DNA of 24,000 bases, taken from an uncultured Clostridia bacterium (GTDB taxonomy: Bacteria; Bacillota; Clostridia; Christensenellales; UBA1242). Of the stretch, positions 16,840 through 24,000 are shown piece after piece; positions within the stretch are counted from its first letter, which is position 1, and every line of letters starts with the position of its first letter. The position numbers and the translations under genes are program-made. Below the pieces are notes generated by a model. It had not been told where the DNA came from. It did not search any database and worked only from the letters and a program-made list of their open reading frames with translations. The DNA is taken from positions 934-24,933 of the forward strand of contig CALWPE010000080.1 of assembly GCA_944383345.1 (NCBI GenBank), read 5' to 3'.

Positions 16840-17649
16840 CATAATATGAAAAGATTAAGTAAAGCAAAAAGAATTGCAAATAGGTTAAAAAATAAATACA
16901 AGATAGAAAATGTTGAATATGCAATAGTTGCAGGTTCTGGACTTATGGACGCAGTGGTTGACCTTGAAGATATAACAATGGTTGATTATAAAGATATCGG
17001 TATGCCTAAGTCAAGAGTGAAAGGTCATAGTGGAAAGTTTATATTTGGAACTTATTGTGGCAAAAAAGTTGCAGTTGTTTCTCGTGTTCATTTTTATGAA
17101 TACGCAGATATGGCAAAGGTTAGGTTACCTTATGAAGTTCTTGCAAACCTAGGCACACAAAAAGTTGTATTGTTGACATCGTCAGGTGGAATAAACAAAA
17201 CTTTTAGGGTCGGTGATATAATGCTAATTTCAGACCATATCAATTTTACAGGACAAAATCCACTTGTTGCTATAGATGACTTAGAGTTTGTACCTATGAC
17301 AAATGCTTATGATAAAAGTATGTTTGAAAAAAAAAAAAAAATTGCTGATGAAAATGATATCAATGTAAGACAGGGCGTGCATATACAATTTTTGGGACCA
17401 AGTTACGAAACAATGGCAGAAATTGCATTGGCGAAAGCAATGGGAGCCGATAGTGTATCCATGAGTACAGTTTTTGATTGTATAATATGTAATTATCTTA
17501 AAATGAAGGTTGCGGGTATTGCAAGTATCGTCAACACATTCTCAAGTGATGACAAAAATTTGGACCACTCAAAAGTATTAGAAGATGCACAGAAAACCTG
17601 TAAAAAGATAAAAATAATATTAACAAAACTATTGCAAGAAGAATTTTAA
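16828..17649 (+). CDS. punA: purine nucleoside phosphorylase (PunA/PupG type)
   Basis: IVAGSGL, KGHSGKFIFG, HFYEY, LLTSSGGIN, SDHINFTGQNPL, GPSYETMAE, GADSVSMST match the PNP family. The longest ORF starts at 16828. In-frame ATG 16846 is the likely start if the promoter at 16811-16839 is real. Confidence 0.9.
   Translation: MKYTHNMKRLSKAKRIANRLKNKYKIENVEYAIVAGSGLMDAVVDLEDITMVDYKDIGMPKSRVKGHSGKFIFGTYCGKKVAVVSRVHFYEYADMAKVRLPYEVLANLGTQKVVLLTSSGGINKTFRVGDIMLISDHINFTGQNPLVAIDDLEFVPMTNAYDKSMFEKKKKIADENDINVRQGVHIQFLGPSYETMAEIALAKAMGADSVSMSTVFDCIICNYLKMKVAGIASIVNTFSSDDKNLDHSKVLEDAQKTCKKIKIILTKLLQEEF
17327..17341 (+). repeat. A15 homopolymer inside the punA coding sequence
   Basis: Counted directly: g17326, then a17327-a17341, then t17342. 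It encodes part of FEKKKKIAD, and the frame is intact in this assembly. Confidence 0.95.
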
Positions 17650-17657
17650 ACATTTTG

Positions 17658-17688
17658 AAAAAACTACTTCTAAAAGGAGTAGTTTTTT
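17658..17688 (+). terminator. Rho-independent terminator of punA (contains the SD of the next gene)
   Basis: 13-bp stem AAAAAACTACTTC (17658-17670) / GGAGTAGTTTTTT (17676-17688) with one G-U pair and loop TAAAA. It has the A-tract/T-tract arrangement. Confidence 0.85.
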
Positions 17689-17690
17689 AT

Positions 17691-18857
17691 ATGAAAAAAT
17701 CAATATTGTCTACATTATCTATATTTTGTGTAGTATGCTTAATGATACTATCAATAAATTGTGGTACAATGCAAACCATATTCGCTGATAACGATGTTTT
17801 AAAAAACACAGCGAAAGCATCACTATTGGTTGATTATGATTCAAATACCATACTTTATGAAAACAATTCAAATGCAAGATATCCAATTGCTAGTATGGTT
17901 AAATTGATGACTTTGCTATTGACATATGAGGCTATTGACAATGGACAACTTACACTTGATACTATGATTACAACTTCTGAAAATGCTTCAGGTATGGGTG
18001 GGTCGCAAGTGTTTATTGACCCATATGTTGAATACAAGGCTGAAGACCTTATAAAAAGTGTTGTTATGGCATCTGCAAATGATGCAAGTGTTGCACTTGC
18101 CGAATATATTAGTGGTAGTGAAGGTGAGTTTGTCAATTTGATGAATAAAAGAGCAAACGAACTCGGTATGAAAAATACACTATATGTAAATTGTACAGGT
18201 TTACCAGCACCAGAACAATATTCTAGTGCATACGACTGCTTTATAGTTTTAAAACACCTTATGAAACACGAACATTACCATACATTAAGCACAATTTGGA
18301 TGGATAAACTTGTTCATCCGTCAGGAAGAGAAACAGAGCAGGTTAATACAAACAAACTTGTTAGATACTACAAAGGTTGCGATAGTGGCAAAACTGGTTC
18401 AACATCAGAGGCTGGTTATTGTTTAACGGCATCTGCAAAGCGTGACGATTTTAGACTTGTGGCAGTTGTTATAGGTTCAAAGACAGGGCAACAAAGGTTT
18501 ACAGATGTATCTACACTTTTTAACTACGGTTTTGCAAATTTTGAAAACAAACTAATTTTAGATATGTCAAAACCTGTCCTTGAAAATGTTGAAGTTAAAA
18601 TGTCAAAACAAAAAACTGTTGATTTGTATGCTAGTGAAAATTACTACGGATTATCAAAAAAAGGTACCAATAACGAATACGAGTTTAAGTATGAAGTTAT
18701 GGATATAAAAGCACCTAAAAAAGTAGGCGATAAGGTAGGAACATTGCTTATAACAAAAGAAGGGCAAGTTGTTAAAGAAATAGATTTAATCTTAAATGCC
18801 GATGTAGAAAAATTGTCATATTATGACGGTATTAAGCGAATAGCAGAAAATTGGTAA
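17691..18857 (+). CDS. dacF: serine-type D-Ala-D-Ala carboxypeptidase (S11, DacF-like)
   Basis: Signal peptide MKKSILSTLSIFCVVCLMILS, then SxxK (SMVKLMT), SxN (SAND) and KTG (KTGST). The position after punA matches the B. subtilis punA-dacF order. I prefer ATG 17691 after AAGGAG to TTG 17655. Confidence 0.8.
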   Translation: MKKSILSTLSIFCVVCLMILSINCGTMQTIFADNDVLKNTAKASLLVDYDSNTILYENNSNARYPIASMVKLMTLLLTYEAIDNGQLTLDTMITTSENASGMGGSQVFIDPYVEYKAEDLIKSVVMASANDASVALAEYISGSEGEFVNLMNKRANELGMKNTLYVNCTGLPAPEQYSSAYDCFIVLKHLMKHEHYHTLSTIWMDKLVHPSGRETEQVNTNKLVRYYKGCDSGKTGSTSEAGYCLTASAKRDDFRLVAVVIGSKTGQQRFTDVSTLFNYGFANFENKLILDMSKPVLENVEVKMSKQKTVDLYASENYYGLSKKGTNNEYEFKYEVMDIKAPKKVGDKVGTLLITKEGQVVKEIDLILNADVEKLSYYDGIKRIAENW

Positions 18858-18867
18858 AATTAAAAAA

Positions 18868-18895
18868 CGACTTAGCAGTTGCTGAGCCGTTTTTT
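18868..18895 (+). terminator. Rho-independent terminator after the dacF-like gene
   Basis: Stem CGACTTAGC (18868-18876) / GCTGAGCCG (18881-18889) with one mismatch, one G-U pair and loop AGTT. T6 follows at 18890-18895, and an A-run precedes the stem. Confidence 0.75.
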
Positions 18896-18918
18896 GCATC
18901 ATCTTTTAATGATTTTTC

Positions 18919-18947
18919 TTGCAAAATAACTACTTTATATGTATAAT
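18919..18947 (+). promoter_or_regulatory. sigma-A-type promoter overlapping the annotated 5' end of the M50 protease ORF
   Basis: TTGCAA (18919-18924), a 17-nt spacer, then TATAAT (18942-18947). Predicted +1 at 18954 coincides with an in-frame ATG. Confidence 0.55.
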
Positions 18948-19619
18948 ATTTATATGCTTTATCAACTCGTTGGTTCAGGATTACCATTTTTAGAAATCAT
19001 AGCATTTATCTTGGCATATATGATTGCACTTATGTTTTCGTTTTGTGCACATGAGTTTTCTCATGCCTTTGTAGCATTTAAACTTGGTGACCCAACTGCT
19101 CGTTCGTTAGGCAGAGTTTCATTAAACCCTTTAAAACATATTGATGGTTTGGGTTTTTTGTGTCTTATACTTTTTGGCTTTGGTTGGGCAAAACCAGTTG
19201 AAATAAACCCTATGTACTTTAAACATTACAAGCGTGATATGTCATTTGTTTCGCTTGCAGGAGTAACTGCAAATTTAATACTCGCATTTATTTTTAGTGG
19301 AATATACTTTTTCGTTGCTCCACTTTTGGTTAATGTCCAAAATCTATTTTTAATTTTTTTGGATTATCTTATCTACTTTATGATAGTTTTAAATTTGTCA
19401 CTTTTAGTTTTTAACTTATTACCAATATATCCGCTTGATGGTTTCAATTTTATAAAAGCACTTACAAAGCCAAATAATGCTTTTGTAAACTTTATGCTTC
19501 GCTATGGAACTATAGTGCTTTTAATATTTTTAATTACTCCAATCTTTGATATAATATACTTTTATGTAACAGACGGATTGTTATGGGTATTTAACTTATT
19601 TTGGGGGTTATTTGTATGA
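18939..19619 (+). CDS. site-2 protease family (peptidase M50) membrane metalloprotease
   Basis: HExxH in a TM helix (AHEFSHAF) and NLLPIYPLDG (the NxxPxxxLDG motif). It is polytopic. The longest ORF starts at 18939; ATG 18954 is the likely start if the promoter is real. Confidence 0.85.
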   Translation: MYNIYMLYQLVGSGLPFLEIIAFILAYMIALMFSFCAHEFSHAFVAFKLGDPTARSLGRVSLNPLKHIDGLGFLCLILFGFGWAKPVEINPMYFKHYKRDMSFVSLAGVTANLILAFIFSGIYFFVAPLLVNVQNLFLIFLDYLIYFMIVLNLSLLVFNLLPIYPLDGFNFIKALTKPNNAFVNFMLRYGTIVLLIFLITPIFDIIYFYVTDGLLWVFNLFWGLFV

Positions 19620-20431
19620 CAGAGGAAGAAAAGATGATGGAAGACGATTTAGATGTAGAACATGATAATTATAGTCAAGGCTACGAAGTTCATCTTGAAA
19701 ACTTTGAAGGACCTCTTGATTTGTTACTTCAAATTATCAAAGACAACAAGATGGATATTGAAACCGTTAAACTTGCTGATTTGACAGAACAGTACTTGGA
19801 ATATATTGCACAGATTGATAAACTTGATATGGAGAATGCTAGTGAATTTATTGAGATTGCTGCACAGTTAATTGAGATAAAGTCAAGAACACTTTTGCCT
19901 CCAGAACAAGAAGAAGAGGAAGAGGACGATCCAGAAGTAAACCTTCTTGCAAGGCTTAAAGAACTAAAACTATTTAGAGAGGCTAGTGAAAAACTTGCAG
20001 AAGAAGAAGATTTGGACAAGATGTATAAAAAACCGGACAAGATGGCAAGCAATGTGCGTATAGTTTTAAAAGATATGTCACTTGATTTAATGCTTGATGC
20101 TTTTGCAAAAATGATGGCAACAGTGCCTAAAAAGACCTTGGAAATTGAGCCAAAACAAATTGTAAAAGATAGGTTTACGGTTGCAGAAAAGATAATTTCA
20201 ATTAAAAACATCATAAGAGAAAAGAAAATGATGAAGTTTACTGATTTGTTTGATAAAGACCTTACAAAGAGTGAACTTATAAACACCTTTCTTGCTTTGC
20301 TAGAACTACTTAAAATGCAAATAATCAAGGCACAACAAAGTGAGATTTTTGGTGAAATTGATATAATTGCAAATGAAGAAGGAATCGATAAGGAGATTGT
20401 AATAGATGGACAACTTGAAGGAAATTATTAA
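19616..20431 (+). CDS. scpA: segregation and condensation protein A (kleisin)
   Basis: LENFEGPLDLLLQIIKDNKMDI and ADLTEQYLEY match the ScpA N-terminus. ATG 19616 follows GGGGG and forms an ATGA overlap with the upstream stop. TTG 19601 is less likely. Confidence 0.92.
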   Translation: MTEEEKMMEDDLDVEHDNYSQGYEVHLENFEGPLDLLLQIIKDNKMDIETVKLADLTEQYLEYIAQIDKLDMENASEFIEIAAQLIEIKSRTLLPPEQEEEEEDDPEVNLLARLKELKLFREASEKLAEEEDLDKMYKKPDKMASNVRIVLKDMSLDLMLDAFAKMMATVPKKTLEIEPKQIVKDRFTVAEKIISIKNIIREKKMMKFTDLFDKDLTKSELINTFLALLELLKMQIIKAQQSEIFGEIDIIANEEGIDKEIVIDGQLEGNY

Positions 20432-21152
20432 AGCAATACTATTTGTCTCAGGCGAAGGAGTAGAGAAATCTGCAATAAGCGAAAAATTGCAGGTGACCGA
20501 CAAACAACTTGAAAAGGCTGTAAATGAACTTAAAAACGACTTGACTGGAAATTGTGGAATACACTTAATCGAATATAAGAACAAGATTCAATTATGCTCA
20601 AATCCTGATTATGCTGAGTTGATTGCTACTGTTTTAAATCCGATACGAGAAAAGGCATTAACAAAAGCCGCACTTGAAACTGTTGCTATAATCGCATACA
20701 AACAACCAATAACCAAGTTGGAGATAGAAGAGATAAGAAAAATAAATTCTGCTGACTATGCAATACAAGTTTTGTTAGATAATCATATGATTGAAATAGT
20801 TGGAAGAAAAGATGCTGTTGGAAAACCATATATGTTTGGTACAACTGATGAATTTTTGAAAAGATTCAATTTAAAAGATTTGAGTGAATTGCCAGATTAT
20901 GAACAACTACTAGAGAGAATTGAAGTTATAAAAAATGAAACATATGATAATCAACTTTCTAGCGATGGGCTTTATCGTGATTATGATGTGCCACAAGATG
21001 AGGAAATTCCGGACTTTTTGAAAGACGAACAAGATGTGAAGAAGTTAAAAGCACAAGATAATGAAATGTTGGATAAGATAGATGAAATACTTAAAGCAAA
21101 CAACATTCAAAAAATGGACTTTTCACCTAAAACAGATGAAGATGCTGGCTAA
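20406..21152 (+). CDS. scpB: segregation and condensation protein B, with an acidic C-terminal extension
   Basis: IKAILFVSGEGV, ALETVAIIAYKQPITKLEIEEIR, GRKDAVGKPYMFGTTDEFLKRF are ScpB winged-helix motifs. Overlaps the scpA end. Confidence 0.92.
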   Translation: MDNLKEIIKAILFVSGEGVEKSAISEKLQVTDKQLEKAVNELKNDLTGNCGIHLIEYKNKIQLCSNPDYAELIATVLNPIREKALTKAALETVAIIAYKQPITKLEIEEIRKINSADYAIQVLLDNHMIEIVGRKDAVGKPYMFGTTDEFLKRFNLKDLSELPDYEQLLERIEVIKNETYDNQLSSDGLYRDYDVPQDEEIPDFLKDEQDVKKLKAQDNEMLDKIDEILKANNIQKMDFSPKTDEDAG

Positions 21153-21192
21153 TATATAGTATAAATTTACAAATTAAACAAACAATAGTGAT

Positions 21193-21762
21193 ATGGAAAG
21201 TTTATATTTTCTCATACCACTATTTTTTGTTATGGTTTTTGTAGTGCCATTGTCAATGCGCATAAAATTTGCTTGCGATATAAACAAAAATCAAACAATA
21301 ATAAGTGCTTTTTTGTGGAAACTAAAATTGATAACTATACGACTTTATATAAAGGACAATAAAATATATTTAATAACAAAGCACAAAAAGAAAGAGATTG
21401 AAATAAAACTTTCTATCAAAGAGATTTACTTTGTTGAAAGTATTGGAGAAAATTTAAAAGACAAGACAACATTAAGAAAACTTGCATTTTGGGGAAAGAT
21501 AGGGCTAATTGATGCAAAGGACACAGCACTTAGTACAGGAAGTTTATTAGTTGCATTAAAATGTATTTTTGCTTACATAAAGAACTATAAACCCACTTGT
21601 TCAATGTCTGCAAATATCACTCCCATTTATGATGATTCTGTGTTGTTATTTTGTGGATATTTAAGTTTTTCAATTACTTTATTTGATTTGTTATTTAGTT
21701 TAATTATTTCATTATTTAGTTTAAGGAGAAAAGCATATGGAAAACAATCAAAATTATCTTGA
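21193..21762 (+). CDS. hypothetical membrane protein, YtfI-like (upstream partner of ytfJ)
   Basis: 189 aa with N-terminal and C-terminal hydrophobic segments. It overlaps the start of the ytfJ-family gene as in ytfI-ytfJ pairs. I recognised no motif. Confidence 0.4.
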   Translation: MESLYFLIPLFFVMVFVVPLSMRIKFACDINKNQTIISAFLWKLKLITIRLYIKDNKIYLITKHKKKEIEIKLSIKEIYFVESIGENLKDKTTLRKLAFWGKIGLIDAKDTALSTGSLLVALKCIFAYIKNYKPTCSMSANITPIYDDSVLLFCGYLSFSITLFDLLFSLIISLFSLRRKAYGKQSKLS

Positions 21763-22117
21763 TGAACTCATAAATTCTAGCATAGAAAAAATAAGAACAT
21801 TGGCCGAAACAAATACTGTTATAGGCGAACCTGTTGTAACGGCTACTGGAAAAATAATTATACCTATAAGTAAAGTTTCTGTTGGCTTTGTTGTAGGTGG
21901 TGGACAATATAATTCTATAAAGAAAAAAATGCCTTATCCGTTGGCAGGTGGAAGTGGGGGTGGTTTATCGGTTTCTCCTATAGGCTTTTTGGTAGAAGAC
22001 GATGAAGGTATCAAGTTTATTGATGTAGAAAATAAAACTGCATATCAAACCATACTCAACCTAGCAAACACATTGATTAACACTGTTGATAAGAAGGTAA
22101 ACAAAGATGGAAAGTAA
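21737..22117 (+). CDS. ytfJ: GerW/YtfJ family sporulation protein
   Basis: VIGEPVVTATGKIIIPISKVSVGFVVGGG......GGSGGGLSVSPIGFLV matches the YtfJ/GerW family pattern. SD AAGGAGA precedes the ATG. Confidence 0.85.
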   Translation: MENNQNYLDELINSSIEKIRTLAETNTVIGEPVVTATGKIIIPISKVSVGFVVGGGQYNSIKKKMPYPLAGGSGGGLSVSPIGFLVEDDEGIKFIDVENKTAYQTILNLANTLINTVDKKVNKDGK

Positions 22118-23240
22118 AATTAAAGCGATATCTTGTATTATGCTCCTCATATTATTAACAATATTTTGTATACCGTTGCAACAAGCACAGGTATATGCTG
22201 ATACAAGCACAAGTGCGCAAGCAATGGTTGTAATTGAAGCACAATCTGGCAGAGTTTTGTTATCAAAAAATGAAAATGTACAAAGAGCAAATGCAAGCAC
22301 AACTAAAATTGCAACTTTTCTAACTGTTTTAAAACATTGTGATAACTTTGATGCTGTGGTAGATGTAGACGATAGAGCAATTGGAATTGAAGGAACTTCA
22401 ATTTATTTGAAAAAGGGCGAGAAATTAACAGTAAAAGAGTTATTGTATGGTATGATGTTAGTCTCAGGAAACGATGCAGCGACTGCTTTAGCGCTTTACA
22501 TAAGTCCAACAGTTGAAGAGTTTGCAAATCTTATGACACAAGAAGCCAAAAACTGTGGGGCATTAAATACTACCTTTAAAAACCCTCATGGGTTAGACAC
22601 AAGTGGTCACAAAACTACTGCATATGACATTGCAATGATAACAAGAGAATGTTATAAATACCCACTTTTTGAAGAGATAGTTACAACACAAAATATGAAG
22701 ATATCAAATGGTGATGGTGGCTATAGATATTTAAAAAATAAGAATAAATTGCTATGGTCATATGAAGGTTGCAATGGCGTTAAAACAGGGTTTACTGATG
22801 ATGCTGGTAGGTGTTTGGTTAGTAGTGCTAAAAGGCAAGATATGCACTTAATATGTGTTGTTTTATCTTGTGGTCCAATGTTTGAGGATAGTGCCAAGTT
22901 GCTTTCTGATTGCTTTTCAAACTACCATATGTCAAACATTTTACCACCATACAGTTATATAAAAACTGTGCCGGTGGTTGGAAGTGATAAAACATCTGTA
23001 AAAGTTTATACACAAAAAGGGTTTAAATACCCTTTAACACAAGAAGAAGAGGGAAGAATTAAAACTGAAATTGTTATTGATAACAATCTAATTGCACCAT
23101 TAGAAAAAGAAGAAGTTGTTGGAGAAATAAAAATATATCTAAATAATCACTTGCTATTTTCTGAAAAAATATATACTATGGAAGATGTAAAATCAAATAA
23201 ATTATTTGATAACATTAAAAGAATTTTAGAGAATTGGTGA
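22107..23240 (+). CDS. dacB: serine-type D-Ala-D-Ala carboxypeptidase (S11, DacB-like)
   Basis: Signal peptide, then SxxK (ASTTKI), SxN (SGND) and KTG (KTGFT). It precedes rluB as in the B. subtilis dacB...rluB region, and is a paralog of the gene at 17691-18857. Confidence 0.8.
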   Translation: MESKIKAISCIMLLILLTIFCIPLQQAQVYADTSTSAQAMVVIEAQSGRVLLSKNENVQRANASTTKIATFLTVLKHCDNFDAVVDVDDRAIGIEGTSIYLKKGEKLTVKELLYGMMLVSGNDAATALALYISPTVEEFANLMTQEAKNCGALNTTFKNPHGLDTSGHKTTAYDIAMITRECYKYPLFEEIVTTQNMKISNGDGGYRYLKNKNKLLWSYEGCNGVKTGFTDDAGRCLVSSAKRQDMHLICVVLSCGPMFEDSAKLLSDCFSNYHMSNILPPYSYIKTVPVVGSDKTSVKVYTQKGFKYPLTQEEEGRIKTEIVIDNNLIAPLEKEEVVGEIKIYLNNHLLFSEKIYTMEDVKSNKLFDNIKRILENW

Positions 23241-23953
23241 TTATGAGAATAAATAAGTACATTGCACTTTGTGGAGTTGCATCAAGACGAAAAAGTGAAG
23301 AGTTTGTAAAAAATGGAAAAGTAAAAGTAAATGGTGTAGTCATAACTTCACTTTCAACTGATATTAATGTTGAAAAAGATAAGGTTGAATTAGAAGGCAA
23401 GGTTTTGACCCTGCCTTCTAATTATGTTTACTATAAACTAAATAAACCAAAAGGATATCTTTGCAGTAGAGATGATGGCACTGGAAGAAAAACCATCTAT
23501 GATTTGGTGAAAAGTGATGTTCGTTTGTTTTCAATTGGCAGGTTAGACTATGACACCGAAGGGCTTATAATTCTTACAAATGATGGTGATGTTGCACAAA
23601 GTGTAGCACATCCAAGTAGTGTTATTGAAAAAGAATATAATGTTACTATTGAAGGTAATATTTTGGAAAGCGAACTTGCAGTTCTTAGAAACGGAGTAGT
23701 TGAAAAAGGTGTTCGTCTACCGAAAGCAAAAGTTGAAGTCATAGAAAAAACTGCAGATGAAACAAAGTTGAAAGTAATAATACACGAAGGTAAAAACCGA
23801 CAAATAAGAAGAATGTTTGAATGTGTAGGCAAAACTATAGTTCTCTTGCGTAGGGTTAGAATTGGTGAGATAAAACTTGGTGGGCTTATGCGTGGAAAAT
23901 ATAAGCAATTAAACGCTTTTGAACAAACATGGTTATTAAGTAATTTGAGGTGA
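23234..23953 (+). CDS. rluB: 23S rRNA pseudouridine synthase, RsuA/RluB family
   Basis: S4 domain RINKYIALCGVASRRKSEEFVKNGKVKVNG, catalytic motif GRLDYDTEGLIILTNDG, and KNRQIRRMF. Confidence 0.9.
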   Translation: MVIMRINKYIALCGVASRRKSEEFVKNGKVKVNGVVITSLSTDINVEKDKVELEGKVLTLPSNYVYYKLNKPKGYLCSRDDGTGRKTIYDLVKSDVRLFSIGRLDYDTEGLIILTNDGDVAQSVAHPSSVIEKEYNVTIEGNILESELAVLRNGVVEKGVRLPKAKVEVIEKTADETKLKVIIHEGKNRQIRRMFECVGKTIVLLRRVRIGEIKLGGLMRGKYKQLNAFEQTWLLSNLR

Positions 23954-23957
23954 AGAT

Positions 23958-24000
23958 ATGGTTATTGCAATAGATGGGCCAGCATGCTCTGGAAAATCAA
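23958..24000 (+). CDS. cmk: cytidylate kinase, 3'-truncated by the window edge
   Basis: MVIAIDGPACSGKS matches the Cmk N-terminal P-loop (IAIDGPAGSGKS). SD GAGGTGA precedes the ATG, in the conserved position after rluB. Confidence 0.75.
   Translation, partial: MVIAIDGPACSGKS

Noticed and set aside
17655-17690. Upstream TTG start of the dacF-like ORF, TTG start of scpA (19601) and upstream start of xseB (10838)
   Set aside because: In each case the extension lacks an SD and lies within a terminator or the upstream gene. A downstream in-frame ATG has a proper SD and gives a canonical N-terminus.
19729-20328. 199-aa minus-strand ORF antisense to scpA, plus similar antisense ORFs at 1167-1505, 6914-7294, 10596-10967, 13484-14558 and 23548-23908
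   Set aside because: All are embedded in well-supported + strand genes with family motifs. The sequences are Ser/Leu/Phe-rich artefacts.
1-24000. Search for mobile elements, CRISPR arrays, tRNA/rRNA genes, and toxin-antitoxin or defence islands
   Set aside because: I saw no direct-repeat/spacer arrays, inverted terminal repeats, transposase, integrase or recombinase-like ORFs, or cloverleaf-like GC-rich 70-90 nt segments. Gene content is contiguous core housekeeping and sporulation genes on one strand.

Overview
This is a low-GC chromosomal core region from an endospore-forming Firmicute, with every credible gene on the + strand. Gene order follows two conserved Bacillus/Clostridium blocks. 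Block 1 is rbfA, a DHH phosphoesterase, truB, an endonuclease-IV-like gene, an MBL hydrolase, efp, spoIIIAA-AH, an asp23-family gene, nusB, xseA, xseB, argR, recN and spoIVB. Block 2 is a spoIIM-like gene, punA, a dacF-like gene, an M50 protease, scpA, scpB, a ytfI-like gene, ytfJ, a dacB-like gene, rluB and cmk. The main anomaly is an ORF-free, GC-enriched, visibly structured segment of about 580 nt (11126-11708) between xseB and a four-TM membrane protein. It has its own extended -10 promoter and an 8-bp helix joining its two ends. Position, size and partner gene fit the OLE (ornate, large, extremophilic) RNA / OapA ribonucleoprotein locus. Here the isoprenoid genes (ispA, dxs) that usually surround OLE are absent. 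Secondary observations are: a near-perfect 30-bp ARG-box palindrome ahead of argR; two strong terminator hairpins whose 3' arms carry the Shine-Dalgarno of the next forespore-type gene (spoIVB, dacF-like); two sigma-A-type promoters placed so that +1 falls on an in-frame ATG (candidate leaderless punA and M50 protease mRNAs); and an A15 homopolymer inside punA. I found no mobile elements, CRISPR arrays, tRNAs or rRNAs.
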